Shown in pieces: positions 10,419-19,962 of a stretch of DNA of 64,000 nt (the stretch's first letter is position 1; each line of letters begins with the position of its first letter). The stretch covers positions 70,575 through 134,574 of the forward strand of contig JAETPN010000003.1 of assembly GCA_021771185.1 (NCBI GenBank). Reading direction: 5' to 3'. Below the pieces are notes generated by a model. The model was not told the origin of the DNA. It searched no databases and worked only from the letters and a program-made list of their open reading frames with translations. A program made the translations under genes and the position numbers. The DNA is from Bacillota bacterium (GTDB taxonomy: Bacteria; Bacillota_I; Bacilli_A; RF39; UBA660).

Positions 10419-10473
10419 TTCTTTCACCTCTATTTTAAGTGTGACCAAATCATTCCTTTTTTATACTTCTTTT

Positions 10474-11391
10474 TTAAACTTTTTTTATTTCAACACCTTG
10501 ATAATAGTGTTTGATAATATCCTGATAATGATATCCTTTCTTTGCCATTCCTTGTGCCCCATATTGACTCATCCCAACACCATGACCATATCCTTTGGTA
10601 GTAATATGAACATTTGATCCCACTTGTGTGATCGTAAAAAACGTTGATCTTAAATTTAATTTTTGATAAACTTCACTTGCTTCCCTCTCTTGGCCATTTA
10701 TTTTTAATTTCTTAATTCGTCCTGTTGATGTTTGTTTGGTAATTTCAATACTTAATTTTTCTTGATAAGGCAAACTTAATTTGGTATAAAAATCACTAAG
10801 ACTTAACTCATTTTCTACTTGAAACACAGGCGAGACTTCCGCATCCCAAAGAGAATCAACACTTTTTAAATAAGGTCTAGCGCTTGAAAATACTTCTTCA
10901 CTATTTTCGGTTTTCCCTGTACTTGTTGAAAAAAAGAAGGCTTCAATGACTTCACCATGGTAGGAAATATATTCACCCTTCGTTTCTAAAACTGCTTTTT
11001 TTATTTTATTTAAATTTTTAGCATAATTTTCTTTCCACTTTTCCTTTAATTCCCCTTCATCCAAATACACCTGATTCGCCACAGTATCTACAACATCATA
11101 GGCTTCCGCTTTATTTGACATCATTTTTTTTAAAGCATAACTACGGGCCGCAACTGCTTGTGCTTTTAATGCCTCTATTTCAAAATTAGCTGGCATTTCT
11201 CCTGATAATACTCCAACAATATAATCTTCAAAATAAAGTTCTAAAATTTCTCCCGTTTTTTCACGTTTTACTTTTATCTTTTGATCATGTTTATTGTATT
11301 CAAATCGAACAGGATCAATTCTCATAAAATAATTCACCATAATATAAGGAATTAGAATCATTAAAAAACAAATTAGAATTACTTTTTTCAT
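10474..11391 (-). CDS. spoIID: stage II sporulation protein D (lytic transglycosylase)
   Basis: AQAVAARSYAL and GHGVGMSQYGA SpoIID/LytB motifs, N-terminal TM. Start ATG 11389-11391 behind GGTGA. Confidence 0.88.
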   Translation of the reverse strand: MKKVILICFLMILIPYIMVNYFMRIDPVRFEYNKHDQKIKVKREKTGEILELYFEDYIVGVLSGEMPANFEIEALKAQAVAARSYALKKMMSNKAEAYDVVDTVANQVYLDEGELKEKWKENYAKNLNKIKKAVLETKGEYISYHGEVIEAFFFSTSTGKTENSEEVFSSARPYLKSVDSLWDAEVSPVFQVENELSLSDFYTKLSLPYQEKLSIEITKQTSTGRIKKLKINGQEREASEVYQKLNLRSTFFTITQVGSNVHITTKGYGHGVGMSQYGAQGMAKKGYHYQDIIKHYYQGVEIKKV

Positions 11392-11501
11392 ACAATCACC
11401 ATCATTATTAATATACCTAAAAATTGAAAAAAAATTTGTCAAAAAAAAACGTTTAAACAGACTTTAAACATTTATTTTTTTATTTTCTTTTTAGCGAAAC
11501 T

Positions 11502-12164
11502 TTAAGAATTTATTTTTCCATCAATATTGCGTTTAAACACATGGTATATCTCAGTAACTATCTTATAACACTCCCTAAAGTCTTCCGTTTCACGGTAACC
11601 ATCAAAAACATCAAGTGTTTGCATCCCTTTTTTGATGATATCTAATAAATCTAGAATATCAAAAATTGATAATTGAGATTGTGAAAGAAGTTCCAATTGT
11701 TTTTCAATTTCTTCTAAACAAACCTTTGGATCATCACTAATGCGTATTTGATGACAATAATTTATATTTGTAATTTTAGTACGTTCTTTTTTAGATTCTT
11801 CTAAGATAGAATATCATCCCATTCCTAAGGAAGTTTCATTGTTCATAATATACTCTTTTTCAATATCATTCATTTCCTCTAAAAAATCTTTTTCTAATAA
11901 TAAATTCAAAAAACGCTCCTCATATAATTTAGGAAAAACAACACAATAAGCTGCCATATAAACATAAGCAAACTTTTCTTTTATATCTAAGGTATCTCCC
12001 AAAAAGATATCTTTTACTTTCAAAATATAACCACTATTTTTGGCTTTTTTATAAAATTTGTATGCGAACCAAACATGAACATCAAAGATAAGGATTTGCA
12101 GTAACATAAATTCTGCAAGTATTGACAAGACAATCATTTTAACACCTCGCTTTAACTCATTCAT
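11502..12164 (-). pseudogene. hypothetical gene split by one in-frame TGA (116-aa N-terminal ORF plus 103 further sense codons)
   Basis: ORFs 11814-12164 and 11502-11696 share a frame (468 nt apart). The 39 codons between them have no stop. The only interruption is TGA at 11814-11816. The distal ORF has only a TTG and no RBS. Confidence 0.45.
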
Positions 12165-12228
12165 ATTTAAATTAGTTGTATGATAACAAACAAAGAAATT
12201 ATTGTCAATAAAAAAACACCGAAGTGTT

Positions 12229-12432
12229 TTAATAAACCATAGCCGATGCCATGAAAAAGTCCATAAAGAAATTGACTACTAAATAGGATAAGCCTAAAGC
12301 TAATAAAAGATATACAAATCTTGCTTGGTAATATCTATTCTTTTTAAAGATTCCATTTAAATTGATACTTTCTAAAGTCCAAATGGTAAAAGGAACTGTA
12401 ATGATATATAACAATAATCTAACCACGTTCAT
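12229..12432 (-). CDS. small membrane protein, DUF1146 (YwzB-like)
   Basis: Two TM helices, IFKKNRYYQARFVYLLLALGLSYLVVNFF resembles DUF1146. Start ATG 12432 or TTG 12441; overlaps the rpiB stop. Confidence 0.6.
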   Translation of the reverse strand: MNVVRLLLYIITVPFTIWTLESINLNGIFKKNRYYQARFVYLLLALGLSYLVVNFFMDFFMASAMVY

Positions 12433-12859
12433 ATTCCTCAATTTGTTTTAAACGACGAATATGACGTTCTTCTTTGGAAAATGGTGTTGTTATAAAAATA
12501 CGAATTAGTTCTTTTAATTCATTAAGATCTTGTTCAGAAGAAAGTGCTAAAACATTGGCATCATTATGTAATCTCGTTAATTCACATTCTTTTGGTTCAG
12601 CCACTTTGGCACATCTTACACCAGAAACTTTATTACAGGCAATGCTCATACCAATGCCTGTACCACAAAGAATAATCCCAAAATCAATCCCATGATTTTT
12701 AATCGCTTCCCCTACTTTAAAAGCATATTCTGGATAATCTACAGATTCTTCTGTATTTGTTCCATAATTAATTACTTCGTAATCTAAAGACTCTAAATAA
12801 TTAATTATTTCTTTTTTTTGTTCTACACCACGATGATCGCTTGCGATTCCTATTTTCAT
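12419..12859 (-). CDS. rpiB: ribose-5-phosphate isomerase B
   Basis: MKIGIASDHRG...ILCGTGIGMSIACNKVSGVRCA, RpiB/LacAB family signature, 146 aa. Confidence 0.92.
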   Translation of the reverse strand: MKIGIASDHRGVEQKKEIINYLESLDYEVINYGTNTEESVDYPEYAFKVGEAIKNHGIDFGIILCGTGIGMSIACNKVSGVRCAKVAEPKECELTRLHNDANVLALSSEQDLNELKELIRIFITTPFSKEERHIRRLKQIEEYERG

Positions 12860-14118
12860 CGATTTCGCACCTTCCTTAACATTTTATAAACCTTCAACAT
12901 AAAATTATAATTTTGGTAAGCTCGTTTATTTAAAATATAATCAAATTCACCAATTAACTCCACAGGTCTCGCATCAAATCCTCGTTTAAAATCAAATAAT
13001 CCAAACATTGGATGATCTTGATGAAACGCTGGTTCAATACCATAGAAATTAAAGTTTTGATAATTATTTTCTTTCGCATATTTAATCATTTCCCATTGTA
13101 ATAAATATTGCGAATTATATTTCATAAATGGTTTTAAACTGGCACCAAATAAATATACAATTTGTTTTCCAAACAACATATATAATCCACCGGCGACAAT
13201 AACTTTACTACCATACTGTTTTTTTAATTCTTTCACTTCTAACAGCTTATGTTGAATACTTTCGATCTGACTTTCTAATTCCTTAATTTGACCCTCTTTT
13301 TTCTTTTTACTTTTATGGGCTTGCTCTATTTTTTTATGAAGATCTTCCATATCCTCTTGATATTTGCGAATTTGACTAGGTATATCAAATTCTACAAGTA
13401 AAACCTTGATATTTTTTGTTTTTGAAAAACTATCATACATATTTTCATAATAACTAAGAGGTCGATCAATAAATCCTCGTCTTTCTGACGTATGTTTCAT
13501 CAATTCTTTAAATTTAGTTAAATCAGACTTTTTCGCCTCAAATACCCTTAAACTATTTTTATAAGAATTTTTAATACTCCAACGCGTTGTTGCGCGCATA
13601 TTTTTTAATAACTCATCTTCTGTTTTATTTTCTAAATTTAACACTGAAATAAAACGTGGTTCTAAATTAGGAACATTCTCACCAAAACCATGATGTTTAA
13701 AACCTAAATCTTTTAAATAATCAACCAATTCTTTATTATTATGAAGTGAATCTATAATATTCCCATCCACATCTCGTTCACGAAAAGGAATCAGTGGGTT
13801 AATCTTTAAAAAAATACCTTGATTCTTTGTTGTATAATCTACAACTTCTTTCGTAAATTTTTTTAAAAGTTCTTTATCTTCATAATTAATCAAAAAACCA
13901 CGCGGACTATAAAAGATACTTTTATTTAAAAATTTAATCTTTTTTGATAACAATAAAGCTGCCCCTACAATTTCTTTATCTTGTTTTAATCCAACCAAAT
14001 GTGATTTCCAACCATTATGTTCCTTTAATGTTCCCCAATAGCTACTTTGGAAAAAGGAACTTAACATATGATTTTTTGCATACTCATTAAATTCTTTTTG
14101 TGTTAATTTTTCTAACAT
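12856..14118 (-). CDS. FemAB-family peptidoglycan interpeptide-bridge aminoacyltransferase (paralogue 1)
   Basis: 420 aa. Has the FQSSYWG start region, a central coiled-coil insert (KKKKEGQIKELESQIESIQHKLLEVKELKK) and the C-terminal GLFDFKRGF motif typical of FemX/FemA/MurM. Confidence 0.85.
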   Translation of the reverse strand: MLEKLTQKEFNEYAKNHMLSSFFQSSYWGTLKEHNGWKSHLVGLKQDKEIVGAALLLSKKIKFLNKSIFYSPRGFLINYEDKELLKKFTKEVVDYTTKNQGIFLKINPLIPFRERDVDGNIIDSLHNNKELVDYLKDLGFKHHGFGENVPNLEPRFISVLNLENKTEDELLKNMRATTRWSIKNSYKNSLRVFEAKKSDLTKFKELMKHTSERRGFIDRPLSYYENMYDSFSKTKNIKVLLVEFDIPSQIRKYQEDMEDLHKKIEQAHKSKKKKEGQIKELESQIESIQHKLLEVKELKKQYGSKVIVAGGLYMLFGKQIVYLFGASLKPFMKYNSQYLLQWEMIKYAKENNYQNFNFYGIEPAFHQDHPMFGLFDFKRGFDARPVELIGEFDYILNKRAYQNYNFMLKVYKMLRKVRNR

Positions 14119-14202
14119 AACATCACCTTTATTATATTCATTTTTATCATTATACTACAGATTCATAGGTTTGTCACGAATCCTAAATACTCTTTTTAGT
14201 AT

Positions 14203-14233
14203 GACACAAAAAGAGTAAAGTTTACCTTTACTC
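14203..14233 (-). terminator. terminator after Big_2 protein gene
   Basis: GAGTAAAG (14213-14220) / CTTTACTC (14226-14233), 5-nt loop, then CTTTTTGTGT on the minus strand. Confidence 0.6.
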
Positions 14234-14235
14234 CT

Positions 14236-17200
14236 TTAATTTAATGAAACAATATTTAACGTGTATGTTTGATTTGGTGAAGATTCACATCGTTTACAAC
14301 AACTAACACCTACATAAATTTTATTTCCATGAACTTCAATTCCTTCGGCCTCTGTTCCACTTGGATAATTTGAGCTAATATTTCTACAAGCATTCGAAGA
14401 AATGGTTCCTTTATATACGCGTTTTCCATTAAAATCATAAATTACCAAATAGATCGTACCATTCCAATGACTACGTACGGAATAATAATATCCATTATGA
14501 ATAGTAAATCCTTGACGATATCCATAAGTACCATGATTATCAATTACACCATCCGTTTTAAAATAAGTATATACTAAACGATGATGATCTACTATTTCAT
14601 TTGCATCATAAATTGAAACAGTACCATTCCAACTTTCAACAGCCATTACCCCTGATCCTAAATCAAATGATGGAGATACGGCTGAATATAGACGATTTGG
14701 ACTTTCAATATTTGGAAATCCTAATTTTTTAACAGAACTACTATTTAAATCCATATTTGAACCTGATTTAAAGTTAAAATAAGCAATTCTTGGATTTCCT
14801 GTTGTATTGGTACCACCTGCATTGGTCCAAATTTGGGCATTCCTTCCTTTTCCTAAAGGACGAATTGTAAATCCTTGCCCATGTCCCGCATGATTTACAG
14901 TCATATATTGTTTACTTCCACTTTTTGATACTTTCGCAATCACATTTTTTCCAGTAGACGAATCCATATCTGTAGAAAGATATATTGTATTATTAGAAGT
15001 ATCTAAAGCAAAGGTTTGAATATGTTTCTGTGAATAATTTCCGGCTTTCATCGTTAAACCAGTACGATATTTTTTAAATTTTATTCCAGTACTATTTGGT
15101 TTTACTAAATTTGGTTGATATACCATTACATAAATTTTAGCTTGTTTTCCACTTCCATCTTTAGCCTTGATGGTAATAACAGCAGTTCCCTGTTTCTTTC
15201 CAACTAATTCACCCTTAGAACTTATCGATACTACATTTTTATTACTTGATGTATAAGATAAAGATTGGTTTGTCGCATTAGCTGGACTAATCTTAATAGC
15301 CCCTCGAAGCGCCAATGTTTGTCCTTTATGAAGAACAAGGGTATGTTTATTTCCATTATATGCTTTTATTTTTTTCATCATGGCTTCACTATTTAAGACA
15401 TCACTTTTAATTCCTACATCAATATTTTGGATTTTAATACTAGTGACAGTAACTGTACTTGAAGCAGAAACTGAACCATCTTTACTGCGAGCGGTAATTG
15501 TTGCCTTCCCTGCACCAACAGCACGAACGACACCACTAGAACTTACTGTAGCAACATTCGTGTTACTACTAGACCAACGAAGACCTTGCTCTTTAGCTCC
15601 TGTTGGCGAAACAGTTGCAACAAGATGAAACGTTTCACTCTTTTTCAATGTAATACTTTTACGATTTAATGTAATTTTTTTTACCTTTGGTAAGGTCACA
15701 GTAACCTTTAAAGTTGTTTGCTTTCCATCTATAGTTGCTGTAATTGTTGCTGTTCCAACTTGTTTCGCAGTAATAACACCATTAGAATCTACTTGTGCAA
15801 TACTAGGATTACTACTTGTATAACGAAGTGATTTATTCGTTGCATTCGATGGAGATACAGTCACGACAACCTTCTCTTTACTTCCGGCTTCTAATTGAAG
15901 TACGGTTTTATTAAAACTTACTTTAGTCACAGGAATGGTTCCTGCTTTGACAGTGAAATTCATAGAGGCTGTCTTTCCATTGATCGTCTTCACTGTTACC
16001 TTTGCCTGCCCTGGACGTTTAGCAAGAACAACTCCCTGGGCATTCACTGTCAAAATATTTTCATGATCACTTTGATAAGTAATAGATTTATCTGTTGCAT
16101 TCACTGGAAGAATGGTTGGATTAATCTGATAAGTATCATTTACTTTTAACGTTTTACTTTTTTCTTTTAACGCTAATCCTGTTGGTAAAATTGGTTCTAC
16201 TAAAACCGTTGCTTGTATCGTTTTTCCATTCTCTGATTGAACCGTAATTTTTGCTGTTCCTGGTGCTTTCGCAGTTACTTTACCAGTTTCATCTACACTT
16301 GCAATTGATGAATTGCTACTACGATATATAACCTTTTTATTTGTCGCATTCGTAGGTTGAAGAGTTGCTTTTAAAATATCTGTTGAGCCAACAAATAAAT
16401 TGACTACTTTTTTATTTAAAGTAATTGATGATACTGAGACATAAGAATTCACTACGGTTAAAGTTAATTTTGCTTCTTTATTACCTAGGGTCCCAGTTAT
16501 CACTGTAGTTCCTGCCCTGTTTGCACTAACTACACCATTAGAACTTACTGTAGCAACATTCGGATTACTACTTTTGTAAGTGACTGTCTTGTTTGTTACA
16601 TTACTAGGAGTAATACTAGATTTTAACGTAAATTGATGACCTACAGATATACTTTTAGAAGTTAAACCAAAAGATATAGATGTTGCTTCTACTGGAGAAA
16701 CTTCAATTTGAGCTAACGCTGAGATTTGATTGGACGAAATTACTGTTACTGTTGTATTTCCAATCTTTTTTCCAGAAATTCGTCCTTGTGAATCTACAGT
16801 TGCAATTGTAGGATCAGCAACCTGATATTTTAAATTTTTATCCATAGCCCCCTTAGGTTCAAATTGTGTTTGAATAAAGGAAGAGCCACCTAGTTCTACC
16901 TTATAAATAGAACTATTTAATATAATTTTTTCAATAGGTTGTTCCTGACTTGTTACCACAACTTTGATTATTTTTTCTTTACCATTATTTGATCTTACAC
17001 GAACATTACATTCACCTGCAGAAACAGCCTTAATAATTCCATCTTGAACTGTAGCAATCGTTGGTTGATCACTAGACCAGGTAAGTGTTTGTGTAGTAGC
17101 ATTCGTTGGAAGAACTTTAGCAACAACGGAAGTCTCTGTCCCAACTACCATAGATATATTAGAAACATTCGTTTCAATATCTGTAACTAAAATTGGTAAT

Positions 17201-18399
17201 ACCTCTATCTGGATTGTGGCTTGATTTCCATTTGAAAGTTTCCCTGTTATCGTAGCAACTCCTACTTGATAAGAAGTTACATTCCCACTTTCATCAACAC
17301 GAACTACATTTGGATTACTACTCGTAAATACGACGGTTTCTGGAACCTGAACTTTATAGTCTAACATAGCAGAAGAACCTATAGTGACATCCATTTTCTT
17401 TTGTGAAAAAGATATTGTATTTTCTACTTCTGTATTTTTTGTTACATGCACTTTGATTGTTGCACGTTTATGACCATCATTTGTTACAACAGTAATTTCC
17501 GCAGTTCCAACAGATACACCTGTAATTTGACCATAAGAATTTACACTAACAACATTTTTATTACTACTTATCCAAGTAACATTTTGATTCGTCGCATCCA
17601 TTGGTAAAATATTATAAGTAAGACCTTCAATATCACCTACTGATAAAATCATTTCCTTTTGTTCAATATCAATACTTTTTACATTGATCGCTTTTTCTTC
17701 ATCAACAACGACCACTTCCATATCACTAATTAAATCTTCAGAAACATCATCTACAGCATCTTCATTATCTGAAACTGCTGAAATAGTCACTTTTCCTGGA
17801 TTCACTGGTTGAATGTTTCCTTGTTGATCCACTGTAGCAATCGTCTCATCACTACTTTGATACTTAATATTTTGGTTTGTAGAATTATAAGGATAAACAT
17901 TAACATTCGCCTGATAACTATTATCACTTTTTATTGTTACATCCTTTTTATCAAAATCAATTTTCTCTAAAGGAACACCGGTTTCTGATACGTTAATCGC
18001 AATTTCTTCCTTATACCTACTCCCTTTTACACCAACAGTAACATTCGCAGTTCCTGTTCCCCTCGCATGAAGCTTTCCAGTTTCATCAATTTGTAGAATT
18101 TGATCATTATCTGAACGAAACGTTAATTGCTTTTTTCCTTCATCAAAAAATTTTGTAATATTCAAATAACGTTCCTCACCCTTTGCCATATAAACATTAC
18201 TGTCCGCAATGGCTAGATAAGCATAATCATGATAGAAAAATTGAAAATAAATAAAGCCACTAAAACAACAAAAAAATACGCCATATAGTACATATAATAA
18301 AGGATTTAAAATCTTATTTGCTTTTTTTTGTTTCTCATACTTTATCCTTAATTCTTCCTGTTCTCTTAAATAATCATTATAATTATATTCATATTTCAT
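14236..18399 (-). CDS. giant N-terminally anchored surface protein: 12 Big_2 (bacterial Ig-like group 2) modules plus C-terminal globular domain
   Basis: One N-terminal TM. Twelve repeats of the pattern (V/L)xYxSSNxxVAxVdxxGxVxAxxxGxAxITV. Last roughly 330 aa non-repetitive. Start ATG 18397-18399 behind GGTGA, downstream of the predicted promoter. Confidence 0.85.
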   Translation of the reverse strand: MKYEYNYNDYLREQEELRIKYEKQKKANKILNPLLYVLYGVFFCCFSGFIYFQFFYHDYAYLAIADSNVYMAKGEERYLNITKFFDEGKKQLTFRSDNDQILQIDETGKLHARGTGTANVTVGVKGSRYKEEIAINVSETGVPLEKIDFDKKDVTIKSDNSYQANVNVYPYNSTNQNIKYQSSDETIATVDQQGNIQPVNPGKVTISAVSDNEDAVDDVSEDLISDMEVVVVDEEKAINVKSIDIEQKEMILSVGDIEGLTYNILPMDATNQNVTWISSNKNVVSVNSYGQITGVSVGTAEITVVTNDGHKRATIKVHVTKNTEVENTISFSQKKMDVTIGSSAMLDYKVQVPETVVFTSSNPNVVRVDESGNVTSYQVGVATITGKLSNGNQATIQIEVLPILVTDIETNVSNISMVVGTETSVVAKVLPTNATTQTLTWSSDQPTIATVQDGIIKAVSAGECNVRVRSNNGKEKIIKVVVTSQEQPIEKIILNSSIYKVELGGSSFIQTQFEPKGAMDKNLKYQVADPTIATVDSQGRISGKKIGNTTVTVISSNQISALAQIEVSPVEATSISFGLTSKSISVGHQFTLKSSITPSNVTNKTVTYKSSNPNVATVSSNGVVSANRAGTTVITGTLGNKEAKLTLTVVNSYVSVSSITLNKKVVNLFVGSTDILKATLQPTNATNKKVIYRSSNSSIASVDETGKVTAKAPGTAKITVQSENGKTIQATVLVEPILPTGLALKEKSKTLKVNDTYQINPTILPVNATDKSITYQSDHENILTVNAQGVVLAKRPGQAKVTVKTINGKTASMNFTVKAGTIPVTKVSFNKTVLQLEAGSKEKVVVTVSPSNATNKSLRYTSSNPSIAQVDSNGVITAKQVGTATITATIDGKQTTLKVTVTLPKVKKITLNRKSITLKKSETFHLVATVSPTGAKEQGLRWSSSNTNVATVSSSGVVRAVGAGKATITARSKDGSVSASSTVTVTSIKIQNIDVGIKSDVLNSEAMMKKIKAYNGNKHTLVLHKGQTLALRGAIKISPANATNQSLSYTSSNKNVVSISSKGELVGKKQGTAVITIKAKDGSGKQAKIYVMVYQPNLVKPNSTGIKFKKYRTGLTMKAGNYSQKHIQTFALDTSNNTIYLSTDMDSSTGKNVIAKVSKSGSKQYMTVNHAGHGQGFTIRPLGKGRNAQIWTNAGGTNTTGNPRIAYFNFKSGSNMDLNSSSVKKLGFPNIESPNRLYSAVSPSFDLGSGVMAVESWNGTVSIYDANEIVDHHRLVYTYFKTDGVIDNHGTYGYRQGFTIHNGYYYSVRSHWNGTIYLVIYDFNGKRVYKGTISSNACRNISSNYPSGTEAEGIEVHGNKIYVGVSCCKRCESSPNQTYTLNIVSLN
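15246..18192 (-). repeat. coding tandem array of 12 Big_2 modules (about 80-90 aa each)
   Basis: Periodic protein motif counted directly in the translation; boundaries approximate. Confidence 0.7.
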
Positions 18400-18422
18400 A
18401 TGATCACCTACAATACATTTCA

Positions 18423-18451
18423 ATTATACTAAAAAAAGCCTTTTTTTTCAA
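18423..18451 (-). promoter_or_regulatory. sigma-A-type promoter of the Big_2 protein gene
   Basis: Minus strand TTGAAA (18446-18451), 17-nt spacer, TATAAT (18423-18428), about 24 nt upstream of ATG 18399. Confidence 0.5.
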
Positions 18452-18633
18452 TGATCATATTAAAAAATCAATTTCATATAAAACAAAAATAAAAAACTTG
18501 TAAGATTTTATCTTATAAGTCTCTTTTGTTTTTCATCTATATAAGGATATCTTTGTAATAACTCATTCTTTTTAATACCATATTGTTTTTCAAAATATTT
18601 TTAATTATAAATTCATATTTTAAGCATCAGACA

Positions 18634-18662
18634 TTGACTTCATTCTCTTTTAAGGTTATACT
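18634..18662 (+). promoter_or_regulatory. sigma-A-type promoter of FemAB paralogue 2
   Basis: TTGACT (18634-18639), 17-nt spacer, TATACT (18657-18662), 25 nt upstream of the start codon. Confidence 0.5.
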
Positions 18663-18687
18663 TTTAACAGTCATAGAAAAGAGGAAC

Positions 18688-19962
18688 ATGATGAAATTTG
18701 TTGAAAATATTACTGAAAAAGAATTTGAAAAATTTGTTGGAAACCACCCAACAAAATCTCATTTTATGCAGTCTTATGTTTGGGGTGAAGTCAGTAAATC
18801 TAAGGGCTTAATACCACATCATGTTGGTTTAAAACAAAAGGATAAATTTGTAGCCATGGCTCTTATTTTAGAAAAAAAATTAATTGGATCTTACTGTTAT
18901 TTCTATATTCCACGTGGGTTTGTGGCAGACTTTGACAATCATGAAGTTGTTCAAACATTTATTGAAGAATTAAAATGTTTTGGAAAAAAACATCATGCGA
19001 TTTCAATCACGATGGATCCTGATATTAAACTACAAGATTTAGATCCTGATGGAAATGTTATAAATAAAGATCAAAATAATTTTAAACTTGTGGAATTTTT
19101 AAAACAATGTGGGTTAAAACATTTAGGTTTTAATAAAAATTTTGAACATCGTGAGCCAAGGTATACTTTTCGTTTGTCGTTAGAAAAAGATTCTTTTGAG
19201 GATATTTATAAAGGAATGCATCCAACAACTCGTAAGATCTTAAATAAAGGAAATCAATATGAACTAGAAGTTTTTAAAGGTAATGAAAGTAATATTGATG
19301 ATTTTTATTTAACGATGGAAGAAACTGCGGCGCGTGAACATTTATTCTGTTTTAGTAAAGAATATTATCTTAATTTTTATAAAAAGCTTCATCAAAAAGG
19401 GATGAGCGATTTATATGTTGTAAAAGTAAATATCAATGAATTAAAAGATATTTATAAAAATAAAATTGAGGTATTAGAAAAGGAACTACATTCTTTGGAT
19501 GAAACAAAATATAAAAATAAACAAAAATTAGAAAACAAGAAAAAAGATCTTTCTAAGAATTTAGAAAAGATAAAAAAAGAGGCAGAGAATATTGCATCTA
19601 TTAAAGAAGAAGAACTTATTTTATCTTCAATTATGACTGCCAAATATCATGATAAAGTATGGACAGTTCATGGAGGAAATCACCGAAAACTCCGTGAATT
19701 AAATGCCAACTACCTTCTTTACTATACTATTATTAAAGATGCTTATAAAGAAGGTTTTAAAAAGATTGACTTCTTTGGGACAATTGGAGATCCAAATCCT
19801 AAAGATAATGGTTATGGAATTCATTTATTCAAAAAACGATTGGGTGGAGAATATACAGAATTTATTGGGGAATTTGTTTTAGTTTTACATAAACCACTAT
19901 ATTTTCTATATACAACTATTTATCCAAAAATACGTAGATTAAAGAAAAAAATAATGGGTTAA
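18688..19962 (+). CDS. FemAB-family peptidoglycan interpeptide-bridge aminoacyltransferase (paralogue 2)
   Basis: Same architecture as 12856-14118 (FMQSYVWG, central coiled coil, C-terminal GIHLFKKRLGG), roughly one-third identical by eye. Start ATG 18688 or 18691 after GAGG; the upstream 35 codons in the track are leader. Confidence 0.85.
   Translation: MMKFVENITEKEFEKFVGNHPTKSHFMQSYVWGEVSKSKGLIPHHVGLKQKDKFVAMALILEKKLIGSYCYFYIPRGFVADFDNHEVVQTFIEELKCFGKKHHAISITMDPDIKLQDLDPDGNVINKDQNNFKLVEFLKQCGLKHLGFNKNFEHREPRYTFRLSLEKDSFEDIYKGMHPTTRKILNKGNQYELEVFKGNESNIDDFYLTMEETAAREHLFCFSKEYYLNFYKKLHQKGMSDLYVVKVNINELKDIYKNKIEVLEKELHSLDETKYKNKQKLENKKKDLSKNLEKIKKEAENIASIKEEELILSSIMTAKYHDKVWTVHGGNHRKLRELNANYLLYYTIIKDAYKEGFKKIDFFGTIGDPNPKDNGYGIHLFKKRLGGEYTEFIGEFVLVLHKPLYFLYTTIYPKIRRLKKKIMG

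Noticed and set aside
11814-11816. The two in-frame TGAs (here and at 43591-43593, where TGA replaces a conserved Gly codon) might mean TGA is reassigned, as in code 4 (Trp) or code 25 (Gly).
   Set aside because: lgt (stop at 36262-36264) and rlmH (stop at 27645-27647) terminate with TGA at the lengths expected for these conserved proteins. No conserved gene in the window is broken by TGA. The standard code 11 applies, and the two cases are nonsense lesions or local events.
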